A DNA stretch of 64,000 bases. It comes from Deltaproteobacteria bacterium (GTDB taxonomy: Bacteria > Desulfobacterota > Syntrophia > Syntrophales > JAAYKM01). Below, piece after piece: positions 48,963 through 58,906 of the stretch; the first letter of the stretch is position 1, and each line of letters starts with the position of its first letter. The notes below the pieces were generated by a model that ran no database searches, was not told where the DNA came from, and was given only the letters and a program-made list of their open reading frames with translations. The DNA lies in the NCBI GenBank assembly GCA_012522415.1, contig JAAYKM010000123.1:1833-65832 (forward strand). The letters run 5' to 3'. The translations under genes were made by a program, and so were the position numbers.

Positions 48963-49547
48963 TCAGGCTCTTTTGGCGATAATCTCGTCAATAATACGAT
49001 ACTGTTTTGCCTGTTCACTGGTCATGTAATAATCCCGGTCCGTATCCGTCTCGATTTTTTCGAAGGGCTGATTCGTCAGTTTGGCCAGGATGCGATTGAG
49101 TTCCTCTTTCAAGCGGAGGATTTCCTTGGCTTGAATATCGATGTCCGTCGCCTGCCCCTGAAAACCGCCCAGAGGCTGGTGAATCAGAATTCTGGAATGC
49201 GGCAGGGCATAACGTTTTCCCGGCTCCCCGGCGGCAAGGAGAAATGCGCCCATGCTGGCGGCTTGCCCCATGCACACCGTCGATACGGGGGGTTTGATGT
49301 ACTGCATGGTGTCATAAATGGCCATGCCGGAACTGACGTGCCCCCCAGGGGTATTCAAGTAAAAGGATATCTCCTTTTCCGGATCCTCCGACTCAAGGTA
49401 GAGAAACTGGGCGATGACCAGATTGGCCACTTCATCGTTGATGGGTGTGCCCAGAAAAACAATACGATCCTTCAACAGCCGGGAATAGATATCAAAGGCT
49501 CTCTCACCTCTGCCATCCTGTTCCACCACCATGGGAATCAGAGCCAT
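48963..49547 (-). CDS. clpP: ATP-dependent Clp protease proteolytic subunit ClpP
   Basis: 194 aa with [15 protein letters not shown], the catalytic GQAASMGA, and IHQPLGG. Confidence 0.95.
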   Translation of the reverse strand: MALIPMVVEQDGRGERAFDIYSRLLKDRIVFLGTPINDEVANLVIAQFLYLESEDPEKEISFYLNTPGGHVSSGMAIYDTMQYIKPPVSTVCMGQAASMGAFLLAAGEPGKRYALPHSRILIHQPLGGFQGQATDIDIQAKEILRLKEELNRILAKLTNQPFEKIETDTDRDYYMTSEQAKQYRIIDEIIAKRA

Positions 49548-49556
49548 TTAATCCTC

Positions 49557-50867
49557 CTAAATATCCGCCGTTTTTTTGGCCACTGTGATGACCGACTTGC
49601 TTTCAAGAAAATCGATTACCTTGGCCATGAGGATCTCGCTTTCCAGATCCTCCACCATGTGGGCGTTTTCGAATTTTTTCTTTATCTGTTCATAGTCCTG
49701 GGCGTAATACCCGGCAAGGCCCTTAATCCGCTCTTCTATTTCCGACTCTTGAACCTCGATACTTTCCTTTGCCGCGATGGCCCTTAAAATCATGCCGGCC
49801 TTGACGATCTTTTCCGCCTCGGGCCTCATATTTTCACGCATCCCTTCGGCCAGTTCCTTGGCCCTCTCATTTGGCATACCGCTCGCTTTCCAGCGTCGGC
49901 TCGCCTCCATCACCATTTGTTCCAGTTGGTGGCCCGTCATGATGGAGGGCACCTCGAGATCGTTGTTGGCGATCAACCGGTCGATCATGCATTCTCTCAG
50001 GTCGGCGTTGGATTTATTCGCCAGTTCGATGTCCAGTTCCTTCCTCAGTTCCTCACGAAGTTCCGCCATGGTGTTGAACCGTTCGAAGTTCTTGATAAAG
50101 TTTTCGTCAAGCTCCGGCAGTTTACGTATTTTATGATCCTTCAGGGTCACTGTAAATTCAACATTCCTGCCTGCGACGTGTTCCGCATGATAATTTTCGG
50201 GGAAGGTCACGTCGAAGACCCGGGTTTCCCCCCTCTTCATTCCCGTCAATTTATCCTCGAAATCGTCAATAAATTGACCTGATCCGATCTCCAGGAAATA
50301 ATTTTCAGACGTCATCTCCTTGATCGCCTGGCCGTCAAGGGTCCCCTCGAACTGAATGGCCGTGAAATCGCCTTTCTGAATGCCGCGGTCCTCGGCGACA
50401 TCCTCCATGTAGCTGTAGAGATGGCGCAATTTTTCGATTTTCTCGTCAATCGCCTCTTCCGTGACTTCCGGATCCGTCTTCTCCAGTTCCAGACCGACAT
50501 AATCTTTTGGTTCGAAATCCGGTTCAATTTCGACGGCCACGTTAAACGCAAACATTTCATCCTTCGTAAAGCCCTTGTGATCGACGCTGGGATATCCCGC
50601 GGGGCGCAGTTTGCGGCTGTCCATGGTTTCCTGATACTGCCTGGCAATGATGTTTGCGGCGGCGTCATTTTCCGCATGATCTTTATAATAGGTCTCCAAA
50701 ATCTTCCGGGGAATTTTGCCCTGGCGGAAACCCTTGATCTTGGCCGTTTTGTTCAGGTTGTCGTAAACCTTGTCCAATTCTTTTTCCACTTCCATCCATG
50801 GAACTTCGAAGTACATCTTTTTTTTAATCTGGCTTAAATCCTCAAATTTGATACATGTTTCAGTCAC
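49557..50867 (-). CDS. tig: Trigger factor
   Basis: 436 aa with the N-terminal ribosome-binding GFRQGKIP motif and a central FKBP-like domain. Confidence 0.92.
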   Translation of the reverse strand: MTETCIKFEDLSQIKKKMYFEVPWMEVEKELDKVYDNLNKTAKIKGFRQGKIPRKILETYYKDHAENDAAANIIARQYQETMDSRKLRPAGYPSVDHKGFTKDEMFAFNVAVEIEPDFEPKDYVGLELEKTDPEVTEEAIDEKIEKLRHLYSYMEDVAEDRGIQKGDFTAIQFEGTLDGQAIKEMTSENYFLEIGSGQFIDDFEDKLTGMKRGETRVFDVTFPENYHAEHVAGRNVEFTVTLKDHKIRKLPELDENFIKNFERFNTMAELREELRKELDIELANKSNADLRECMIDRLIANNDLEVPSIMTGHQLEQMVMEASRRWKASGMPNERAKELAEGMRENMRPEAEKIVKAGMILRAIAAKESIEVQESEIEERIKGLAGYYAQDYEQIKKKFENAHMVEDLESEILMAKVIDFLESKSVITVAKKTADI

Positions 50868-50897
50868 GGTTTCGCGGCTCCTTTTTACGAGATATTA

Positions 50898-50984
50898 TGG
50901 TGCGAGAGAGGGGACTTGAACCCCTATCCGTTTTCACGGGCTGGATCCTAAGTCCAGTGCGTCTGCCAGTTTCGCCACTCTCGC
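50898..50984 (-). tRNA. tRNA-Leu (anticodon TAG)
   Basis: The reverse complement is GCGAGAGTGGCGAAACTGGCAGACGC..., with anticodon stem CTGGA/TCCAG, loop CTTAGGA, a long variable arm, T-loop GGTTCAAGTCC, and an ACCA end. Confidence 0.9.
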
Positions 50985-51006
50985 TTGGAACAAGCCTGAT
51001 GAGTCC

Positions 51007-51035
51007 TATATATTCACTGCCTGGATTGTTGTCAA
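51007..51035 (-). promoter_or_regulatory. Sigma70-type promoter of tRNA-Leu (possibly also tig-clpPX-lon)
   Basis: On the minus strand: TTGACA (rc 51030-51035), 17-nt spacer, TATATA (rc 51007-51012). It lies about 22 nt upstream of the tRNA 5' end. Confidence 0.55.
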
Positions 51036-51095
51036 TGGGAATTGCTTTTTTAACCAAAATGTCGTCGAGACTGGAAAAAGTGTGAAAAAGTTACA

Positions 51096-51127
51096 ATAAA
51101 AAAACCGCTTTTCAGGCGGTTTCTTTA
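51096..51127 (-). terminator. Terminator after tRNA-Pro
   Basis: Stem AACCGC (51103-51108) / GCGGTT (51116-51121). The minus-strand reading is followed by T7 (rc of A-run 51098-51104). Confidence 0.6.
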
Positions 51128-51131
51128 TTAC

Positions 51132-51208
51132 TGGTCGGGGCGAGTGGATTTGAACCACCGACCCTCTGAACCCCATTCAGATACGCTACCAAGCTGCGCT
51201 ACGCCCCG
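51132..51208 (-). tRNA. tRNA-Pro (anticodon GGG)
   Basis: The reverse complement is CGGGGCGTAGCGCAGCTTGGTAGCG..., with anticodon stem TCTGA/TCAGA, loop ATGGGGT, T-loop GGTTCAAATCC, and an ACCA end. Confidence 0.9.
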
Positions 51209-51240
51209 ACAGATCACTCCCGTAAATCTCTGTGCCGCAC

Positions 51241-51269
51241 CCATTACCACCTATAATTTATGGTGTCAA
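51241..51269 (-). promoter_or_regulatory. Sigma70-type promoter of tRNA-Pro
   Basis: On the minus strand: TTGACA (rc 51264-51269), 17-nt spacer, TAATGG (rc 51241-51246). Confidence 0.45.
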
Positions 51270-51368
51270 GCACTATAAGGCCATATTCTTGCAAGAAATA
51301 ATCGCTTGAATATCATCTTGTCATACCTTAATCTTGGTTCCTCGTTTTCGTATATCAGGAGAATACAG

Positions 51369-51971
51369 ATGATCGGAAAATGGTATCGGCGCTTCCTCGT
51401 TGCGGTGCTTTGCCTGTCGCCGTTATACGCGACATCGACCTTCGCCGATATTTACAAATTCATCGACGATGACGGGGTCACCCACCTCACCAACATACCG
51501 ACGGAAAGCAACCGGAATTACATCCTTTTGATCAAGGAAAAGCGGGTGATCATGAAAGTCAAAGGCGATGTGGCGCAATACGATGACATAATAAGGAAGG
51601 CGTCGGAGAAGTATGATGTCGATTACGCTCTTATCAAAGCCGTGATCAAGGCTGAATCGAACTTCAATCACCGGGCCGTTTCCCCCGTCGGCGCGCAGGG
51701 ACTCATGCAGCTCATGCCGAAAACAGCCTCGTCCCTCAATGTGCAGGATTCATTTCACCCGGAGAACAACATCAACGGGGGGGTCCGCTACCTCCGTTAT
51801 CTCCTGCGCCTGTTCAACGGGAACCTCTCCTTGGCCCTTGCCGCCTACAATGCGGGGGAAGGGGCCGTGGCCCGATACAACAACCGCATCCCGCCCTACC
51901 CGGAAACGCAGACCTACGTTCAGCGTGTTCTCCAGTACCTGGAACAATACCGCAACCTGAGCAGGAATTGA
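51369..51971 (+). CDS. Lytic transglycosylase (SLT domain) with N-terminal DUF4124-like segment
   Basis: ATG at 51369 after AGGAG. It has a signal peptide, DIYKFIDDDGVTHLTN, and the SLT catalytic region KAESNFNHRAVSPVGAQGLMQLMP...AYNAG. Confidence 0.85.
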   Translation: MIGKWYRRFLVAVLCLSPLYATSTFADIYKFIDDDGVTHLTNIPTESNRNYILLIKEKRVIMKVKGDVAQYDDIIRKASEKYDVDYALIKAVIKAESNFNHRAVSPVGAQGLMQLMPKTASSLNVQDSFHPENNINGGVRYLRYLLRLFNGNLSLALAAYNAGEGAVARYNNRIPPYPETQTYVQRVLQYLEQYRNLSRN

Positions 51972-51988
51972 CCTCCCCGTACCTTGCT

Positions 51989-52558
51989 TCAGGGAATCGC
52001 CTCGGTGAGGGCACCCCCGCAGGTTTCCGGCCTGGTGGTCAGGTACGGTCTCATCCTGGCGATCTTCCGTTCCTTGATGCCCCGGATCGCGCTCAGTTCC
52101 GACAGATCACGGATACAGCCCCGGCTCTGGATGTAGGCTACAATGGATGTGGATGTTTTTTCGCCGATCCCGGGAACGAGCATCATCTCCTCTCGTGACA
52201 TCCGGTTGATGTCGCTGGGGATGCCCAGGGCCATGGCCTTGTGGGGGGACATATCCGTAACGTCGCGCAGACGGTTTCCCCGGATCCGGACGGACATGCC
52301 GGGGGTGACGGCGGTCGTTTCACCCCCCTCCCATTGGGGGTTTATGCCCGACAGGCATGCCGCCATGGTTTTTCCGCGGGGGAAAAAGTATATGCCCTGT
52401 TCCTCGTCTTCCACGACCAGCTCGACCGCCGCCGTTTCTTCCCCCCTGACCTGGAAGGGGACGTCCCTCGTCTGATTCTTCATCAGGGAGGAAACGGACT
52501 GCACCAGAAGCAGTAAAAGAAGCAGTGTCGTGCCGCCGAGTAGAAGACGGGGTTTCAT
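51989..52558 (-). CDS. comEA: ComEA-family helix-hairpin-helix DNA-binding protein
   Basis: ATG at rc 52556-52558 gives MKPRLLLGGTTLLLLLLLV (TM/signal) and a C-terminal HhH region, LVPGIGEKTSTSIVAYI...LSAIRGIKERK. Confidence 0.75.
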   Translation of the reverse strand: MKPRLLLGGTTLLLLLLLVQSVSSLMKNQTRDVPFQVRGEETAAVELVVEDEEQGIYFFPRGKTMAACLSGINPQWEGGETTAVTPGMSVRIRGNRLRDVTDMSPHKAMALGIPSDINRMSREEMMLVPGIGEKTSTSIVAYIQSRGCIRDLSELSAIRGIKERKIARMRPYLTTRPETCGGALTEAIP

Positions 52559-52559
52559 C

Positions 52560-53792
52560 TCATGATTTTTTGGGTACGCAGAACACATCGTGAAGGATAG
52601 AGACGGCCAGCTCCGTGTACCTGGACTGGATGGCGCAGGATATCTTTATTTCCGATGTGCTGATCATCAGGATGTTGATCCCCTCTTTGGCCAGGGTATC
52701 GAACATTTTCGCCGCCACGCCGGAATGGCTGATCATGCCGACGCCGACAATGGAGACCTTGGACACGTTTTCATCCACCTCCACTTTATCCGCGCCGATT
52801 TTCCGGGCCGCGTCCTCGATGAGCCTGCGTGCCTGCCCGATTTCCTTCCTCGAAACGGTGAAGGTCAAATCCGTGTATCCGTCTATGCTCGCGTTCTGGA
52901 TAATCATATCCAGAACGATGTTGTTTTCCGCGAGGGGGGAGAGGAGCTGCGCCGCGGTACCGGGACGATCCGGCACATGGACGATGGTCACTTTTGCCTG
53001 ATCCTTGTCATAGGTCACACCCGACACCACTTCTTTTTCCATATCCATACTCGTATCCTCCTTGGTCACCAGGGTCCCCGCTTCATCGGAAAAGTTCGGT
53101 TTCACATAGAGGGGGACATTATATTTTTTTGCCAGCTCGACGGAACGGGGCTGCAGCACCTTGGCGCCCGCCCTGGCCATCTCCAGCATCTCGTCATACG
53201 TGATTCGATCGAGTCGCCTGGCATTGCTGCAGATATTGGGATCCGTCGTATAGACGCCGTCCACATCCGTATAAATATCGCACGCATCCGCCTTGAGAAT
53301 CGCCGCCAGGGCCACGGCCGTGGTGTCCGACCCGCCGCGTCCGAGGGTCGTGATGCTGTTGCCCGCGTCGATCCCCTGAAAACCGGCAACGACGGCAATC
53401 GTTCCCTTCTCCAGTTCATCCTGCAAGACACGCGCGTCCACATCCAGAATCCTGGCCTTGTTAAAGGCGTTGTCCGTGTGTACCCCGGCCTGAAACCCGA
53501 GAAAGGATCGGGCGGGATAACCGAGACGATTCAGGACCATGGACAGAATGGATATGGTAACCTGTTCCCCCGTTGATATCAAGGAATCGAACTCTCGCGC
53601 GTCAGGCGGGTCCGCCGCCTTCTGGGCCATTTCAATGAGGCGGTCCGTCTCACCCGCCATGGCTGACAGGACAACGACCACATCATGGCCCGCCTGCTTG
53701 GTTCTGATGATTTTCTGTGCGACCTTTTCGATCTTTTCGATGTTGGCGACAGACGTTCCACCATATTTCTGTACAATCAAAGCCATACCCAT
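52560..53792 (-). CDS. lysC: Aspartate kinase
   Basis: 410 aa with VQKYGGTSV, VVVLSAMAGETD, GRGGSDTTAVALA and two C-terminal ACT domains. Confidence 0.93.
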   Translation of the reverse strand: MGMALIVQKYGGTSVANIEKIEKVAQKIIRTKQAGHDVVVVLSAMAGETDRLIEMAQKAADPPDAREFDSLISTGEQVTISILSMVLNRLGYPARSFLGFQAGVHTDNAFNKARILDVDARVLQDELEKGTIAVVAGFQGIDAGNSITTLGRGGSDTTAVALAAILKADACDIYTDVDGVYTTDPNICSNARRLDRITYDEMLEMARAGAKVLQPRSVELAKKYNVPLYVKPNFSDEAGTLVTKEDTSMDMEKEVVSGVTYDKDQAKVTIVHVPDRPGTAAQLLSPLAENNIVLDMIIQNASIDGYTDLTFTVSRKEIGQARRLIEDAARKIGADKVEVDENVSKVSIVGVGMISHSGVAAKMFDTLAKEGINILMISTSEIKISCAIQSRYTELAVSILHDVFCVPKKS

Positions 53793-53798
53793 CCTCCC

Positions 53799-54281
53799 CT
53801 ATTCCCGTTCGCGCCGGTATTTTTCCAGAATTTGCCCGATAACGGACTCGTCACCGGATATTCTGATGATCCGCGTTGACTCATCGAAATACTCAAAATT
53901 GACAAAAAGGGTATCCCCGGGCAGGATATCCCGTATTTTTTCCGCCCATTCCACCACCACAACGCCTCCGTCGTCGAAGAAATCCTCAAACCCCGCATCG
54001 ATCATTTCACGGGATGTTTCCAGTCGGTAGGCATCGACATGCCGGAGAGTCATCCGCCCCGGATACTCGTTGATGATGGTGAAGGTGGGGCTTGTGATTT
54101 CATAACAATCGGACACGCCGAGACTTCTCGCCAGGCCCTTGGCCATACAGGTCTTGCCGGCGCCCAAATCCCCGATCAGTCCGACAACGTCTCCCGGGCC
54201 CAGGCATTCGCCGATCGCTTCGCCGAGGCGTATGGTTTCCCCTTCACCGAGGGTTCTGACTTCGCATGTTCTCTTTGTCAT
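53799..54281 (-). CDS. tsaE: tRNA t6A37 biosynthesis ATPase TsaE
   Basis: 160 aa with the P-loop GDLGAGKT, SPTF and HVDAYRL. Confidence 0.88.
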   Translation of the reverse strand: MTKRTCEVRTLGEGETIRLGEAIGECLGPGDVVGLIGDLGAGKTCMAKGLARSLGVSDCYEITSPTFTIINEYPGRMTLRHVDAYRLETSREMIDAGFEDFFDDGGVVVVEWAEKIRDILPGDTLFVNFEYFDESTRIIRISGDESVIGQILEKYRRERE

Positions 54282-54304
54282 AGTCCGCTTCTTTTACGGG
54301 CCCC

Positions 54305-55546
54305 TTATGCCGTGAACCGCCCCCGCATGATCGCGTCCGTCATGACGACGACTCTGGCGGTTTCGGCCACGTCGTGTACACGGACGACATGGGCCCCGCC
54401 CATGATGCTCGCCGTCAGCGCGGCGGCCGTCCCCTCCGTACGCTCCGCCGGCGCCTCGACACCGGTGACGGCCCCGATGAACGATTTCCGTGACACGCCG
54501 ACCAGGATGGGAGCGCCCAGAATTTTGAGTTCGGACAAACGCCTGACAATGGCAAGGTTGTCCTGAACCGTCTTCCCGAAACCCACGCCCGGATCCACCA
54601 TGATGCGGTCCATCGCGATACCCTGCGCCCGGGCGTGGTCAATCCGATCCGACAAATAGGCGATGATTTCCGCCATCAAATTCGAATACACGATGGGCCC
54701 CGACTGCATGGTCCTGGGAACGCCCCTCATGTGCATCAGGATCACGGCGGCCCCCGTATCGGAAACGACGGCGGCCATCACGGGGTCGCCGGTCATGGCG
54801 CTGATGTCGTTCACAATCTCCGCCCCTGCGGCGACGGCCTCACGGGCGACCTCCGCCTTCATCGTATCGATGGAAACGGGGACTCCGAGCCTCCCCCGCA
54901 ACCCGTCGATCACGGGAAGGACCCGCTTCAACTCCTCCGACGCCGAAACGCCCTCGGCGCCGGGGCGGGATGATTCGCCGCCGATATCGATAAAGTCCGC
55001 CCCCGCCTCTTCCTGGGCCAGGGCCAGATCAATCGCCTCGTGGGTGGACATCATCTCCCGTCCCCCGCCGGAAAAGGAATCGGGTGTGACATTCACGACG
55101 CCCATCACCCGGGTTCCGTCCCCCAGGGGAATTTTTCTTTTTCCCGTTGCAAGAACAAAATCGGTGCGGTGATAATGGGCCAGGCGTTGTTCCAGTTCTG
55201 CCGACAGAAAAGTCAGGCCGAAGGGTTGCCTCCTGATCCGCCCGGCGAACAGAAGGATCTGCTTTGCCGTTCCCATGAGGATGACATCGGTTGAAGGGAT
55301 GCTGCAGGAGACGGTCCCTCTCGCGACGGCGGCGTCCCCCCCGAGGGCGAGCATTTCCTGTTTGATGACATTGGCCGCCCGGCATTCGACATCTTGAAGG
55401 AGGATATTGAAATGCCTCATTTTGGGGAGCAGCCGTTCCCTGCCGGGTGGATCGACGCCGACGGCCTTCAGGAGCTCCATGAACGCCTCATCGCTGGTCT
55501 GTGACAGGATTCCAACCCGGAAAACCCGGTGTTCTGGTGAAGACAT
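54305..55546 (-). CDS. folP: Dihydropteroate synthase with about 135-aa N-terminal extension
   Basis: The C-terminal roughly 275 aa have VMGVVNVTPDSFSGGG, DIGGESSRPGA, ISIDT and VHDV. The N-terminal third has no motif I recognise. Confidence 0.85.
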   Translation of the reverse strand: MSSPEHRVFRVGILSQTSDEAFMELLKAVGVDPPGRERLLPKMRHFNILLQDVECRAANVIKQEMLALGGDAAVARGTVSCSIPSTDVILMGTAKQILLFAGRIRRQPFGLTFLSAELEQRLAHYHRTDFVLATGKRKIPLGDGTRVMGVVNVTPDSFSGGGREMMSTHEAIDLALAQEEAGADFIDIGGESSRPGAEGVSASEELKRVLPVIDGLRGRLGVPVSIDTMKAEVAREAVAAGAEIVNDISAMTGDPVMAAVVSDTGAAVILMHMRGVPRTMQSGPIVYSNLMAEIIAYLSDRIDHARAQGIAMDRIMVDPGVGFGKTVQDNLAIVRRLSELKILGAPILVGVSRKSFIGAVTGVEAPAERTEGTAAALTASIMGGAHVVRVHDVAETARVVVMTDAIMRGRFTA

Positions 55547-55587
55547 TGCAGATCACCTGATGGGGGATGTCGGGGGTTTCCCCGGCA

Positions 55588-57393
55588 TCAACCCTCCACG
55601 GCGCATCCGTCCACCCCGATGAGCTCGTCGAGGTCCTCCGTATCGAGGACTTCCTTTTCCAGAAGCGTCGCGGCAAGACGGTGCAGCGTCTCGATATTTT
55701 CCTCGAGCAGTTTTTTTGCGATTCGGTAACAAGTGATCACGATATCCGATATTTCCTGGTCGATCAGCCTGGCCGTTTCCTCGCTGTAATCCTTGTGGGT
55801 CGCGAATTCCCGGCCCAGAAATATCTGTTCATCCTTTTTACCGTAACTCAGGGGACCCATTTTATCGCTCATTCCCCATTCGCAGACCATTTTCCTGGCG
55901 ATGTTCGTCGCCCGTTCGATATCGTTCCCCGCGCCGGTGGTAAAATCACGAAGGATCAGCTCTTCCGCGGCGCGTCCTCCCAGGAGGATGCTGATGTTGT
56001 TCAGGAGGTATTTTTTCGGGTACGTGTGCCTTTCGTCAATGGGAAGCTGCTGGGTAACACCCAGGGCCATTCCCCGGGGAATGATCGTGACCTTGTGGAT
56101 CGGATCGCTTCCAGGGAGGAGACGGGCAACGAGGGCGTGCCCCGATTCATGGTAGGCCGTATTCTTCTTCTCCTCATCGGTGATGACCATGCTTCTGCGC
56201 TCGGCCCCCATGAGGACCTTGTCCTTGGCAAATTCGAAGTCGCTCATGCTGACCTTGTCCTTGTTGTACCGAGATGCGTACAAAACGGCCTCGTTCACCA
56301 GGTTCTCGATATCGGCTCCGGAAAATCCCGGAGTCCCTCTGGCGATAACGGAGGCATCCACATCCTCTTCCAGGACGGTTTTCCTTGCATGGACCTCAAA
56401 TATTTTCTCACGCCCCTTGACGTCCGGCAGGGGGACGACAACCTGCCGGTCGAACCGTCCCGGCCTCAGGAGCGCCGGGTCGAGAACATCGGGCCTGTTG
56501 GTGGCCGAAACCAGGATGACCCCTTCATTGGACTCAAAGCCGTCCATTTCGACCAGGAGCTGGTTCAGGGTCTGCTCCCGTTCGTCGTGCCCGCCCCCGA
56601 GTCCCGCGCCGCGGTGCCGGCCGACGGCGTCGATTTCGTCGATGAAAATGATGCAGGGGGCATTCTTTTTACCCTGCGTGAAGAGATCCCGCACCCGTGA
56701 AGCCCCGACGCCAACGAACATTTCCACGAAGTCCGAACCGCTGATGCTCAGGAAGGGGACCTCGGCCTCGCCGGCGATGGCGCGGGCAAGGAGGGTTTTG
56801 CCCGTCCCCGGCTGTCCGACCAGGAGCAGGCCCTTCGGTATCCTCCCGCCCAGGCGCGTGAACTTCTTCGGATCCTTCAGAAATTCGATCACTTCTTCAA
56901 GCTCCGCCTTGGCCTCGTCGATTCCCGCCACGTCCTTGAACGTGACTTTCTTCGTTTTATCCGTCATGAGACGGGCACGGCTTTTCCCGAAAGCCATGGC
57001 CTTCCCCCCGCCGGCGTGCATCTGGCGCATAAAAAATATCCAGACGCCGATCAGCAGAAGCATGGGGAACCACGAGATGAGAATCGTTACGTACCACGGC
57101 GACTCCTCAGAGGGCTTGGCCGATATGCGGACCCCCTTTTCCTTCAACAGGGGGACCAGGGTGGGATCGCTGGGACTGTAGGTTTTGAATCCCTTGCCCG
57201 AGGTGAAGGTCCCCGTGACATGATCACCCTGGATGGTGACCTCCTTGACCTGTCCCCGGTTCGCGTAATTGATGAAATCACTGAATACAACACTTTCCTG
57301 TGCATGCTGCGGCTGGGTGAAGAGATGATAAACCAGGACGAATATCAATCCGATGACAAGCCACAGGGCGATATTTTTTTGTAGTGGGTTCAA
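55588..57393 (-). CDS. ftsH: ATP-dependent zinc metalloprotease FtsH
   Basis: 601 aa with two TM helices, the AAA+ motif [17 protein letters not shown], and the zinc site HESGHA. Confidence 0.95.
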   Translation of the reverse strand: MNPLQKNIALWLVIGLIFVLVYHLFTQPQHAQESVVFSDFINYANRGQVKEVTIQGDHVTGTFTSGKGFKTYSPSDPTLVPLLKEKGVRISAKPSEESPWYVTILISWFPMLLLIGVWIFFMRQMHAGGGKAMAFGKSRARLMTDKTKKVTFKDVAGIDEAKAELEEVIEFLKDPKKFTRLGGRIPKGLLLVGQPGTGKTLLARAIAGEAEVPFLSISGSDFVEMFVGVGASRVRDLFTQGKKNAPCIIFIDEIDAVGRHRGAGLGGGHDEREQTLNQLLVEMDGFESNEGVILVSATNRPDVLDPALLRPGRFDRQVVVPLPDVKGREKIFEVHARKTVLEEDVDASVIARGTPGFSGADIENLVNEAVLYASRYNKDKVSMSDFEFAKDKVLMGAERRSMVITDEEKKNTAYHESGHALVARLLPGSDPIHKVTIIPRGMALGVTQQLPIDERHTYPKKYLLNNISILLGGRAAEELILRDFTTGAGNDIERATNIARKMVCEWGMSDKMGPLSYGKKDEQIFLGREFATHKDYSEETARLIDQEISDIVITCYRIAKKLLEENIETLHRLAATLLEKEVLDTEDLDELIGVDGCAVEG

Positions 57394-57451
57394 ATTGCTT
57401 ACTCCTTGTAATCTGACTTACCGCTTCCTTTATAATAGGGGGGACTTAATT

Positions 57452-58888
57452 TCAAATCATTTCTATTTTCAGACAGGTTTTTGTCGACGGCGTGATTTTG
57501 GCGGTGTCGCTGACCGTTATTCCGACGACGCACAGCACCTTTTCCCCGTCCACCAGCAGGGGTGTTTCCTTCCTGATTTCCCGGGGCACCTTTCGGTCCG
57601 CGAAAAATGTCCCGAGTTTTTTCGTTCCTCCCATGCCGAGGGGCCGGAAACGGTCTCCCGAACGGATATTCCTGATTTCGCAGGGGAAAGTGATTTTTTC
57701 GTAATCCAGGAGGACGACGTTTTCCGATTTCAGATCGCAGGCGGAGGCTCCCGTTTTCGTCAGCCTCATACGCATACCCGTTTCCTCGATGAGAATGTCC
57801 GCCGGTATGTCGTCGATTCGATAACGAAAGGCGCCCTGGAAGGGGGGGACGATCCCCGGGGGGCGGGCCCCATTGCGTTCTCCCGATTCCGCTTTTTTCG
57901 ACCGCCGCCGGGTTTTCTCCCTGAAGAGGATCCCGTCGTACCGACGAAAGACCTCCGTGTCGAAAGGGAGGGACAGCATTTGCCCGACCCGTCCCCTTTC
58001 CAGCAAGCGGGCCACGGCGTCCACGTGAACCCGGCTGATTCCGTTTTGTCTTTGCGACCGCCTCTCCAGGACCGCCTTGATGACACGCCGTTGCATGGCC
58101 CCGTGCAATTCCCGCATATCCCCGATCCTGAGGGCCGTATCTCCGCCGTCGGAAACACCCAGGCGCTTTAGGGCCCCCGCCGTTTCCCGCTCCAGGAAGT
58201 CGTTTTCGAGGCGCATCGTTTCCGCCAGATCACAAAGACGCGCCTCGATCCGGGGGTTGTACCGCTTCATGTGCCCCATCAGGTCGAGACGGATCCTGTT
58301 TCTGAGGAATGCACGGGACTGATTTGAACTGTCCTCCCGGTAGGGGATGTTTTCCCCGTCAAGATAAGCCAGGATCTCTTCCCGGCTGACGTCGAGGAAC
58401 GGCCGGATCAGCACGTTTTCCCTGACGGGCAGGATGCCCCTGAGACCCCGCGACCCCGCCCCCCGGATCAAGTTCATCAGAACCGTTTCCGCCTGATCGT
58501 GCCGTTGATGGCCCAGGGCGATTTTATCCGCGGGCAGGTCCTGGAGGAGGTGATGGAAAAAACCGTACCGCTCCCGCCTGGCCATATCCTCCAGGGAGAG
58601 GCCCTCCCGCTTTGCCAGGTTTCCGATATCCACCTGTCTTTCATGGAACGGCAGACCCAGGGTCGCGGCGGTGTTTCCCACCAGGTCCCCGTCCGCGTCG
58701 GACTCGCTCCCCCGCAGGCCGTGGTTCATATGGGCCACCACGAGGGTGACGGCCAGTTCATCCCGCAAACGGTGCAGAACCGAAAGGAGCGCCATGGAGT
58801 CGGCGCCGCCCGATACCCCCACAATGACCCGGTCCCCCCGTTTCAGCATCCCGTGGCGGCGGATGTACTTTCGAACCCTGTTGATCAT
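57452..58888 (-). CDS. tilS: tRNA(Ile)-lysidine synthase
   Basis: 478 aa with the PP-loop VGVSGGADS, plus central and C-terminal TilS domains. Confidence 0.9.
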   Translation of the reverse strand: MINRVRKYIRRHGMLKRGDRVIVGVSGGADSMALLSVLHRLRDELAVTLVVAHMNHGLRGSESDADGDLVGNTAATLGLPFHERQVDIGNLAKREGLSLEDMARRERYGFFHHLLQDLPADKIALGHQRHDQAETVLMNLIRGAGSRGLRGILPVRENVLIRPFLDVSREEILAYLDGENIPYREDSSNQSRAFLRNRIRLDLMGHMKRYNPRIEARLCDLAETMRLENDFLERETAGALKRLGVSDGGDTALRIGDMRELHGAMQRRVIKAVLERRSQRQNGISRVHVDAVARLLERGRVGQMLSLPFDTEVFRRYDGILFREKTRRRSKKAESGERNGARPPGIVPPFQGAFRYRIDDIPADILIEETGMRMRLTKTGASACDLKSENVVLLDYEKITFPCEIRNIRSGDRFRPLGMGGTKKLGTFFADRKVPREIRKETPLLVDGEKVLCVVGITVSDTAKITPSTKTCLKIEMI

Positions 58889-58906
58889 GATGCCGTTCGA
58901 ACCAAA

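Noticed and set aside
48936-49787. 283-aa plus-strand ORF overlapping clpP and the tig 3' end
   Set aside because: It is antisense to two confident genes, with no supporting signals.
52590-53576. 328-aa plus-strand ORF opposite lysC (plus 52615-53001, 53539-54030)
   Set aside because: It is antisense to aspartate kinase, with no motifs and a composition typical of a reverse-frame artefact.
55567-57384. Long plus-strand ORFs (377 aa at 55567-56700, 333 aa at 56180-57181, 122 aa at 57016-57384) opposite ftsH
   Set aside because: They lie entirely antisense to a very well-supported FtsH gene. Their translations are low-complexity (R/G/P/S-rich) with no motifs. Such shadow ORFs are expected opposite GC3-rich genes.
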